A stretch of DNA of 28,059 nucleotides from a virus (lineage: Duplodnaviria; Caudoviricetes), in the IMG/VR virus record IMGVR_UViG_3300027769_000110, positions 1-28,059 of that record. The stretch is one strand, 5' to 3'. A program made the position numbers and the translations under genes. This document shows positions 7,755-14,667 of the stretch, piece by piece. The notes beneath the pieces are model-generated. The model had not been told where the DNA came from. It searched no databases and worked only from the letters and a program-made list of their open reading frames with translations. Within the stretch, counting starts at the first letter, position 1. The number at the start of each line of letters is the position of its first letter.

Positions 7755-8469
7755 ACTCCTACGCTCAAAAGATAGAAAGGTTGCTAACCTTGTCACACCT
7801 AACGGAAAACAAGCAAGTATTGCTAACACATTCGGACTACCCGCAGGAAAGGCTTATTCATGTCCTGGTGCAACGACTGTCTGCGAAAGTGTTTGCTACG
7901 CAGGCAAATTGGAAAAGGTCTTTCCAACAGTAAAGAAAAACCTATTGCACAATTGGTCATTGCTTAAAGACGCAGACGGTGAAACCATGGTGCGCTTACT
8001 TAATGAGATGATCACAGAATTCAAGGCTGATTGTGTAAAGCGTAAGGCACCTATGCTATTCCGTATTCACTGGGACGGCGACTTCTTTAACGATACTTAT
8101 GCATATGCATGGAAAGTAGTTATTGATAAGCACCCTGATATTCAATTCTGGGTATACACTCGTGTTAAATCTGCAGCGCTTATTCTTAAGGATGTATCTA
8201 ATTTATCATTGTATTTTTCTGCTGATAGTGAGAATGTTAAAACTGCCGTTGACCTAAAAATTAACAGTGGTGTACGCATGGCATACCTTGCTAAGAATTT
8301 TGCTATTGGTCAAGCGGATGTAAAAGAAATGATCGGACGACCTGCTGCTAAGTGTCCTGAGAATAATAAACAAATTCCACTAATCTCAACAAATGGAAGC
8401 GCTTGCGTTTCTTGCTCACTTTGTGTATACTCTAAGAGTGACATAATTTTTTCTGCAACTAAGAAATGA
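7747..8469 (+). CDS. GP88-family protein (radical-SAM-like Cys motif)
   Basis: FGLPAG..SCPGAT..C..VCYA, FRIHWDGDF, FWVYTR, C-terminal CP...C..C..C. Confidence 0.8.
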   Translation: MTKLLRSKDRKVANLVTPNGKQASIANTFGLPAGKAYSCPGATTVCESVCYAGKLEKVFPTVKKNLLHNWSLLKDADGETMVRLLNEMITEFKADCVKRKAPMLFRIHWDGDFFNDTYAYAWKVVIDKHPDIQFWVYTRVKSAALILKDVSNLSLYFSADSENVKTAVDLKINSGVRMAYLAKNFAIGQADVKEMIGRPAAKCPENNKQIPLISTNGSACVSCSLCVYSKSDIIFSATKK

Positions 8470-8704
8470 GATGATATGAGTTCAACTCAAATTATATTTT
8501 TGTTTTGGTTTTTGGTTCTTTTGTTTTTCTATCAATAAAAATTGGAAGGGCCGGCACGAAAATTTTATTTTGTCAAGTTGCAACACGCCTTTAAGATGTG
8601 ATTAAGGACACACCACAAAACCTCCCCAAAATTGGTATTTCTGACATTTTTATGCTAAAATTATACTATAAGCAATTAACCCCCACAACGAAAGGCAAGA
8701 CCCA

Positions 8705-8875
8705 ATGACACTACATGGATACACTTACCAAATTGGTGATTTATTCACAACAAGCAAGACAGGCGTTACAGGTCGTATCGCAGGTTTCTCACCAATCAGT
8801 AATAAGGTTACTAGAGTTAGCCTAGTCCTAGCAAACGGCTCTCGTCGCTTGGCTATGGTCAAGACCTCTAAGTAA
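8705..8875 (+). CDS. 56-aa SH3/KOW-like micro-protein A
   Basis: MTLHGYTYQIGDLFTTSKTGVTGRIAGFSPISNKVTRVSLVLANGSRRLAMVKTSK; GAAAGG RBS. Confidence 0.75.
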   Translation: MTLHGYTYQIGDLFTTSKTGVTGRIAGFSPISNKVTRVSLVLANGSRRLAMVKTSK

Positions 8876-8906
8876 TCTCAAAATGTGAGAAATGTCAGGT
8901 TTCGAT

Positions 8907-8936
8907 TTGACATTTTTATCCCCAAAATGTTATACT
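8907..8936 (+). promoter_or_regulatory. Promoter TTGACA-18-TATACT
   Basis: Near-consensus with extended -10 TG. Confidence 0.75.
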
Positions 8937-8981
8937 TAGGTATAACGAAATAACAACCCCTAACAGAAAAGGAAATACAAA

Positions 8982-9146
8982 ATGGCAGTAGCAACAGCAA
9001 CTTACAAGGTAGGCGACACTTTCACAACACAGAAGTCAAAGGTCACAGGAGTAATCACAGAGATTAACCCACAGGCTAACGGAAATGTTCGTGTTAAGTT
9101 AGATGTCAATGGACAGGCTCGCTATACAACTTGGACGGCTAAGTAA
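8982..9146 (+). CDS. 54-aa SH3/KOW-like micro-protein B (paralogue of A)
   Basis: MAVATATYKVGDTFTTQKSKVTGVITEINPQANGNVRVKLDVNGQARYTTWTAK; AAAGGA RBS. Confidence 0.75.
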   Translation: MAVATATYKVGDTFTTQKSKVTGVITEINPQANGNVRVKLDVNGQARYTTWTAK

Positions 9147-9160
9147 TCTAATTACTAATT

Positions 9161-9184
9161 CCTGAGCATGAATACAAACTGCTC
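9161..9184 (+). repeat. 24-nt hairpin repeat, copy 2
   Basis: CCTGAGCATG-AATAC-AAACTGCTC. Confidence 0.9.
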
Positions 9185-9219
9185 AAACCAACCCCCTAAC
9201 AGTAAAGGAACAGACCCAC

Positions 9220-9642
9220 ATGGCACGACAAAAAGCAATCTCAGTAAAGATAGCAACACCAAAAGTAATCAAGGCACTAGAGCAATCACTTGCTAAGTTA
9301 GAACTTGATTGGACATCACAAGAAGCAAACGAGGCTAAGTACGAGAAGGCTCGCAAGGCTTGGCAGAAGGAAGTTATTGACTATGCAGTAGCAAACATCA
9401 AGAAGGCAGAAAACTTCCGTACCAACTATCGTCATTGGTCAAATAACCTTAACATTGACTTTGATTTAACAGTTAGCGAAAAGGAAATGCCAAAAGAGCC
9501 TGAGAAGGACTTTGTTACACTACATCAGCACTCATACAATGAGCAGAAAGAGGAAATCTCTAACGCTATTCGTATTCTAAAGATGACAGATGAGGAAACA
9601 GTTAGCACAAGCACTTACAATGCTATTGCTCGTTATCTCTAA
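9220..9642 (+). CDS. Hypothetical phage protein
   Basis: 140 aa; AAAGGA RBS; strong codon bias. Confidence 0.8.
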   Translation: MARQKAISVKIATPKVIKALEQSLAKLELDWTSQEANEAKYEKARKAWQKEVIDYAVANIKKAENFRTNYRHWSNNLNIDFDLTVSEKEMPKEPEKDFVTLHQHSYNEQKEEISNAIRILKMTDEETVSTSTYNAIARYL

Positions 9643-9697
9643 TTTCTAGTTACCTGTTATTCTGCAACTCGCCTGAGTAACTGAAAATAACTAGACA

Positions 9698-9721
9698 CCT
9701 GAGTAAGTGTATAAACTGCTC
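9698..9721 (+). repeat. 24-nt hairpin repeat, copy 3
   Basis: CCTGAGTAAG-TGTAT-AAACTGCTC. Confidence 0.9.
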
Positions 9722-9745
9722 ACCCCAACTAATTTAAGGAATAAA

Positions 9746-9976
9746 ATGACAACAGAAACAACAGTAGAGTCTTGGAATGGATTTGCTATTACAGGATTTG
9801 TACTTAGCCTTACATTCACACCACTTGCGTTTATCTTTAGCCCGTTGGCACTTAGCCAACTAAAGAAAGACCCAAGCCAACGAGGTAAAGGTCTTGCACA
9901 GGCAGGACTAATTATTGCAACTATTCATGCAGCAATAATCTTTGTTATGCTAATGGCTTTCTCTCTATCAGTATAA
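9746..9976 (+). CDS. DUF4190-like two-TM membrane protein
   Basis: NGFAITGFVLSL...ALSQLKK....RGKGLA.AGLII; start moved to 9746 (AAGGA RBS). Confidence 0.75.
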   Translation: MTTETTVESWNGFAITGFVLSLTFTPLAFIFSPLALSQLKKDPSQRGKGLAQAGLIIATIHAAIIFVMLMAFSLSV

Positions 9977-9983
9977 ATAGTAT

Positions 9984-10089
9984 TCGCCAGGCTGATTAGG
10001 GCGATCATAGAAATACTATAGAGCCAGTTCACACCAACTGCAAGAAGTGTAACTACCTGAGTAAGTATCAAAACTGCTCCCCGCAAGGG
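9984..10089 (+). ncRNA. Candidate structured RNA (pseudoknot plus hairpins, includes repeat copy 4)
   Basis: TCGCC/GGCGA, GGCT/AGCC, ATAG/CTAT, AGTT-ACAC/GTGT-AACT, CCC-GCAA-GGG. Confidence 0.4.
10056..10079 (+). repeat. 24-nt hairpin repeat, copy 4
   Basis: CCTGAGTAAG-TATCA-AAACTGCTC. Confidence 0.9.
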
Positions 10090-10092
10090 CCC

Positions 10093-10122
10093 TTGACAAA
10101 TGTCAGTGGCACCTAGTACAAT
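10093..10122 (+). promoter_or_regulatory. Promoter TTGACA-18-TACAAT with TGTCAG in the spacer
   Basis: Direct reading. Confidence 0.75.
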
Positions 10123-10153
10123 TGGATTAACCAACTAACAGAAAGAGGCCCCC

Positions 10154-10585
10154 ATGGACCAAACAGTCACAGGAATAGAAGAAGCAAAGCACTACATGAC
10201 AAGAGAGTTTTTAGAGACTACTCTTGCACAAAACAAAGCACGTATCGATGAATTAGAAAAGCACATTGCTACAGTTACACAACGTTCATACGGCGAGGCT
10301 GCAGAGCGTAACCGTATGCGTAATGAAATGCAAGAGTGGACCTTGGAAGCGCTAGAGAATGGCACTTTTGATGAAGGCACCGCACAAGAGATTGCAGACA
10401 TTTGCGGTTTTGAATTAACGAAAGAATTCGAATTAGAAGTTACAGTTCTGTATTCGGTTACCGTTAATGCACGTGATGAAGAAAGTGCACAGAATGCAAT
10501 TCACGATATCGATTTCGATACTGTTCAATATGACTCAGATAATATTTCTTGGTTATCATCCAGTGTTGACAGAATAGATATTTAG
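10154..10585 (+). CDS. Acidic hypothetical protein (coiled coil plus V.V.A.DEE.A domain)
   Basis: 143 aa; GAAAGAGG RBS. Confidence 0.8.
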   Translation: MDQTVTGIEEAKHYMTREFLETTLAQNKARIDELEKHIATVTQRSYGEAAERNRMRNEMQEWTLEALENGTFDEGTAQEIADICGFELTKEFELEVTVLYSVTVNARDEESAQNAIHDIDFDTVQYDSDNISWLSSSVDRIDI

Positions 10586-10606
10586 TAGGGGGCTACTAAT
10601 AATAAA

Positions 10607-10630
10607 CCTGAGCATGTTTTAAAACTGCTC
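10607..10630 (+). repeat. 24-nt hairpin repeat, copy 5
   Basis: CCTGAGCATG-TTTTA-AAACTGCTC. Confidence 0.9.
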
Positions 10631-10804
10631 CTCTGTTCCCTCAAAAATTTTCCGGCACGAAAAATCTAAATTGTCAAGTCGACACACCGTGTGATTAAGA
10701 TCACTTTAAGAAATGTCCGATTTGCCCATGTTTAACTATCCCGATTTGCATTTGTCACCCCTTCCGTGTATACTTAGATTAACAACAACAAAAGGAGAAA
10801 ACTC

Positions 10805-11821
10805 ATGGCACATGAACTAGAATCACAAAATGGTAAGGCTTCATTCGCATCATTTCGTGAACCTGCTTGGCATGGATTGGGTACCGTATTTACAGAAGAA
10901 AAAACAACAAGCGAAATGCTTGCTGCTGCCAATCTAAATAATTGGAATGTTCGTCTGGAAGATTTGGAAACCCCTACACATCTCACAAGCGACAAGGCGT
11001 ACCAGTATGTCTTGCGTACTAACCCTACTGATAACACACAGACCGACATTCTTGGTGTCGTTGGTGAGCGTTATCATGTTATGCAGAATGAAGATTTATT
11101 CTCATTCGGTGACAACATTCTTGATGGTGGAGGTCGTTGGGAAACGGCTGGCTCAATCAAGGGTGGTCGTGTCGTATTCGGTGCATTAGCACTAGAGCGT
11201 GAAACTGTCCTAGACCCTAACGGTGTTGCAGATAAGGTAAAGACTTATTTACTTATCAACACATCACATGACGGCTCAATCGCTATTCAAGCAAGCATTA
11301 CACCTGTTCGTGTTGTGTGCGCTAACACTCTTAACCTTGCACTAAACACAACTAAGAAAAAGAATGGTGTCAAGCAATCTTTCAAGATTCGCCACACTCA
11401 GACCGCTTCTGGTAAGGTTGCCGTTGCTCGTGAGACTCTTGGCATGGCTCATAAGTACATGGATTCATTTGACCTCATGGCTAAGGCTATGATTGAAAAA
11501 GAAATCACAGCGCAAGATTTCAATAACATCATTCTTGCTGCATACCCTAAGCCTGAAAAAGATTCTAAGGGTGCTTTCAAGAAATGGGAAAACAAGGTAG
11601 ATGTTATTAACGACATCTATACAGGAGAGTTTAACGGCATGATTGCTGGTAATGCTTGGGGTGCTTTCAATGCACTAACTGAACGCCTTGATTGGTACCG
11701 TTCTGCTCGTGGTGGTTCTAACGAATCTATCCTTGCATCTGCAAGTGGTTTTGACCCTGCTATCAACGCAGAAAAAAATCGTTTGTTAAAGATTGTGCAA
11801 AGCACTTTGCAAATTGCATAA
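10805..11821 (+). CDS. DUF932 / TIGR03299-type phage/plasmid protein
   Basis: MAHELE...REPAWHGLG...Y..MQN...ETAGS..GG...YLL..TSHDGS...TPVRVVCANTL...IRHT...GNAWGAFNA.TE..DW. Confidence 0.9.
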   Translation: MAHELESQNGKASFASFREPAWHGLGTVFTEEKTTSEMLAAANLNNWNVRLEDLETPTHLTSDKAYQYVLRTNPTDNTQTDILGVVGERYHVMQNEDLFSFGDNILDGGGRWETAGSIKGGRVVFGALALERETVLDPNGVADKVKTYLLINTSHDGSIAIQASITPVRVVCANTLNLALNTTKKKNGVKQSFKIRHTQTASGKVAVARETLGMAHKYMDSFDLMAKAMIEKEITAQDFNNIILAAYPKPEKDSKGAFKKWENKVDVINDIYTGEFNGMIAGNAWGAFNALTERLDWYRSARGGSNESILASASGFDPAINAEKNRLLKIVQSTLQIA

Positions 11822-11832
11822 TTAAAAAAATT

Positions 11833-11856
11833 CCTGAGTAAGAATTAAAACTGCTC
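11833..11856 (+). repeat. 24-nt hairpin repeat, copy 6
   Basis: CCTGAGTAAG-AATTA-AAACTGCTC, 7 nt before tRNA-Asp. Confidence 0.9.
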
Positions 11857-11863
11857 ACCATTA

Positions 11864-11937
11864 GGTCCGTTAGAATAGTTGGTTAGTTCGCTACCCTGTC
11901 ACGGTAGAGGTCACGGGTTCAAGTCCCGTACGGATCG
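11864..11937 (+). tRNA. tRNA-Asp(GTC)
   Basis: Acceptor GGTCCGT/ACGGATC; anticodon arm CTACC-CTGTCAC-GGTAG; T arm GGTTCAAGTCC; no encoded CCA. Confidence 0.93.
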
Positions 11938-12103
11938 CAATAAATAAAATAAAAATGCCGGCAGGACAAATAGTACAAATCGGACATACAAAAATGTCAA
12001 TCTTAAATTAAATTACGAAGAACTAAAAAAATCCCCAGAAATATCAAACCTAAAAATCTTTACGATACTTGACATTTATCCCCCAAACCCCTATAATTAG
12101 TAT

Positions 12104-12268
12104 ATGACCCAAACAATGAGAACGATTGACGAACTAGTCAATGAGATGTACATGGACAATGAGCAACATCTCGAATACATGGAAAATATGAACGGTGGAG
12201 ATTGTGATTGTGCAATCCACACTACCTTGAATACAATAGTCAAATACTGGTGGGATGAGGAGAACTGA
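12104..12268 (+). CDS. 54-aa hypothetical protein (leaderless)
   Basis: TTGACA-17-TATAAT (12069-12097), ATG 6 nt later. Confidence 0.65.
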   Translation: MTQTMRTIDELVNEMYMDNEQHLEYMENMNGGDCDCAIHTTLNTIVKYWWDEEN

Positions 12269-12426
12269 TGTTAGGTTATGAGAGAGATGATCTAGACAAT
12301 ATGGTTCTTGCTATTGATTCTGCTTTAACTACCGTGAATCCTGACGATGACCCCTGGTTACACAGAAACCTAACACAAGCCTCAGACTTCCTGTCAGGAC
12401 TATGGGCAGAAGGGTACTTTGACTAA
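12268..12426 (+). CDS. 52-aa hypothetical protein
   Basis: AGGAG RBS; TGATG coupling. Confidence 0.6.
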   Translation: MLGYERDDLDNMVLAIDSALTTVNPDDDPWLHRNLTQASDFLSGLWAEGYFD

Positions 12427-12516
12427 TGAGTAGAGAAGATATGATTGTTGTATGTGAACAGGCTATTGATGCCCTTGAAGAAGTTCGTGCTTATCTAGTT
12501 AATCAAGGAGACTAAT

Positions 12517-12723
12517 ATGTGGACTAAGTATAGTTATGTTTGTACAGACTGTGATTCTTTGATTGAGATTACTACCAATACCCTGCCAGTTATGGATCCA
12601 GGCTGTATTTGTGGTTTGGATACATTTGTTACCCGCACAGCAGTTGAGGGAGAACAAATGCCACCTGTGATGAGTATCACACCAATAGGACTTGTAAAAA
12701 TCAACACCAACCCGTATAATTAA
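12517..12723 (+). CDS. Zinc-ribbon hypothetical protein
   Basis: CTDC...CIC; AAGGAG RBS. Confidence 0.65.
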   Translation: MWTKYSYVCTDCDSLIEITTNTLPVMDPGCICGLDTFVTRTAVEGEQMPPVMSITPIGLVKINTNPYN

Positions 12724-12726
12724 TAT

Positions 12727-12930
12727 ATGGACCTAAACACATTCAAAGAATACATAAACCTACACCTCATCTCCTTGGAGCAAGACTCTGAGGCTATTGA
12801 GAAAGCAATGGATAACTATTCTAACTATGAGGACGATGAGTATCGTATGTTAGAAATTGAGGACATATCTACAAATGGGCAGATTATTGCCACTGCTCAC
12901 CTTTTGTCAGTGCTAGAGGGTACAATATAA
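12727..12930 (+). CDS. Acidic hypothetical protein (leaderless)
   Basis: TATAAT-N6-ATG. Confidence 0.65.
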   Translation: MDLNTFKEYINLHLISLEQDSEAIEKAMDNYSNYEDDEYRMLEIEDISTNGQIIATAHLLSVLEGTI

Positions 12931-12932
12931 AT

Positions 12933-13208
12933 ATGGACACAACACAACTAGAACCACATCTACAACGCATGGTAGACGCAGGTCTATCAGGTACAGACAT
13001 CTTGCATGGGGAACTTAAGAACCTTATGCTTATTGCTGAGCAGGAACTCACAGAGATTGCAACTGAGGAAGAAGAAGGTGGCTACTCAGACGCTATGCTA
13101 TCTATGCAACGCACAGAGGCAGAGGGCAGACTAGACGCTCTTGTAGAAGTCTATGCTCTTACATACCAACTAGCATTTGCTATTAGTGAAAGGACTAAGA
13201 ATGCCTAA
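12933..13208 (+). CDS. Acidic hypothetical protein (leaderless)
   Basis: TGTCAG-N10-TACAAT-N6-ATG. Confidence 0.7.
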   Translation: MDTTQLEPHLQRMVDAGLSGTDILHGELKNLMLIAEQELTEIATEEEEGGYSDAMLSMQRTEAEGRLDALVEVYALTYQLAFAISERTKNA

Positions 13209-13380
13209 TTGTTTAGACTGTAACAACACCACACGATTTTGGTATGCAGAAACAGGACACAAACTTGGTATCTATAATGAGTCAGGGGTCATGGAAGATG
13301 TTGAAGATGACTACTGGGATGAACCAACAGACGGCATGTGTGCAGAATGTGAGTCAGTAAATATTGAAGGGGAGTTGTAA
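13201..13380 (+). CDS. Zinc-ribbon hypothetical protein
   Basis: CLDC...CAEC; GAAAGGA RBS before ATG 13201. Confidence 0.65.
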   Translation: MPNCLDCNNTTRFWYAETGHKLGIYNESGVMEDVEDDYWDEPTDGMCAECESVNIEGEL

Positions 13381-13814
13381 TGTCAACTAACTTTATTGAA
13401 CTTACCTTTGATGATTGGTGTGAGCAATACAAGCCAATCAAGAATCATATAGATACAAATGCTTCCTTTGACGGAGAGATGTTTGAGACCTATGGTGATG
13501 AGGTTGAGTTTGTTAAGACTCAGTCCCCTGAAAATATCTGGATGTACGGAGACGGTGACGACGGTGCCTCTTACCTGTGGAATGGCTGGGGATTTGTTAA
13601 TAGAATAGGCTACTTTATCACTGAGGTACCCTGCCCACCTGATACGACCATTCAGGTCTTGGTCAGTCATAACTGGTACTACTGTGAGAACTGTGGTGCT
13701 GAAATGGAGGACCCTGATAATCTTATTAGAGATGCCTTTGATGAGGCAGACTTGCTAAAATGCCCCCTATGTGCTACACTTGATGAAATAACCCAAATAA
13801 AGGAGACCCAATGA
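13380..13814 (+). CDS. Hypothetical phage protein with C-terminal zinc ribbon
   Basis: FETYG...IW...G..FVNRIGYFITEVP; CENC...CPLC. Confidence 0.75.
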   Translation: MSTNFIELTFDDWCEQYKPIKNHIDTNASFDGEMFETYGDEVEFVKTQSPENIWMYGDGDDGASYLWNGWGFVNRIGYFITEVPCPPDTTIQVLVSHNWYYCENCGAEMEDPDNLIRDAFDEADLLKCPLCATLDEITQIKETQ

Positions 13815-14134
13815 AAACAGAAGTAGACAATCTAATACAAGCAGGCTGGTTTAGCGTAGACTCAGGACAAGCCATGGTAGGCGACCCATGCTACCTTGAC
13901 GGCTGGAAAACAAATGAGGGCGAGGAGTGGAACCTAGAGGGCAAAGTAGGTGACTACTCATACCACGGTGCTTCAGCCACAACAATTGAAAACTCTTACG
14001 GAGAACTAGGAATAGGTACTGCCGTAGTATTTAACACAGGCTATGGTGACGGCTACTATCCTGTCTATGTTCAGATGAACGAGGACGGGCGAGTTAGCAA
14101 GGTAGTTATTGATTTCGAAGGTGAGATTAAATAA
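13811..14134 (+). CDS. DUF4241-like protein
   Basis: VDSGQ..VGDPCY and TGYGDGYYPVY motifs. Confidence 0.7.
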   Translation: MKTEVDNLIQAGWFSVDSGQAMVGDPCYLDGWKTNEGEEWNLEGKVGDYSYHGASATTIENSYGELGIGTAVVFNTGYGDGYYPVYVQMNEDGRVSKVVIDFEGEIK

Positions 14135-14280
14135 TGGCAGAATTTAAAGTAGAAGTTATCTTTGAGCCAACAGGTGACTACATGACATTTAGATATGAGG
14201 CAGAGGCAGAAGATGAAGAAGCCCTGCTCAATGAAGTACTAAGCCAATTATCAATCGTATCTTTTAAGGAGAATAACTAA
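14134..14280 (+). CDS. 48-aa acidic micro-protein
   Basis: Manual translation MAEFKVEVIFEPTGD...; TAATG coupling at both ends. Confidence 0.6.
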   Translation: MAEFKVEVIFEPTGDYMTFRYEAEAEDEEALLNEVLSQLSIVSFKENN

Positions 14281-14645
14281 TGGGAGCAAGGATCAACTTT
14301 GTATTTAAAGACGTTGAAGATGAGGCACACGTAGTCCTATATAGTCACTGGGGTGAGACAGAATGGCAGCGGGACCTAGCAATGGCGCTGCAGCATTCAA
14401 AGCCTAGGTGGAAAGACTATGCCTACTTTACCCGCATGATGATTAGTTATTTAATGCAAGACTCCGTGCTAGAGGAGACAGGGTTTGGCATTTATGCTAT
14501 CAAGGGTACCAACTTTGATTTAGGTGAGACCACTGTAGTCATCGATATTGCTAAAGAAACTATCAATCATGTGGGCTCCACTGTGGTAGTTGACTGGGAT
14601 AAATTTATGATAGCATACCTACCAAGTTTAATTGAGACAATCTAG
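14280..14645 (+). CDS. Hypothetical phage protein (LYSHWG...RW.D..Y.TRM)
   Basis: AAGGAG RBS; ORF track. Confidence 0.75.
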   Translation: MGARINFVFKDVEDEAHVVLYSHWGETEWQRDLAMALQHSKPRWKDYAYFTRMMISYLMQDSVLEETGFGIYAIKGTNFDLGETTVVIDIAKETINHVGSTVVVDWDKFMIAYLPSLIETI

Positions 14646-14667
14646 GGATTGGGTCCTCTAGATTATC

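Noticed and set aside
9992-10013. Hammerhead ribozyme (CTGATTA...GAAA)
   Set aside because: The core deviates from CUGANGA, and stems II/III cannot be formed convincingly.
10192-11805. Antisense or alternate-frame ORFs 10192, 10774, 10947, 11617
   Set aside because: They overlap well-supported genes and have no RBS or promoter.
6073-11856. 24-nt repeats as a CRISPR array
   Set aside because: Copies are separated by about 0.35-3 kb of genes rather than regular spacers, the middle 5 nt vary, and there are no cas genes in the window.
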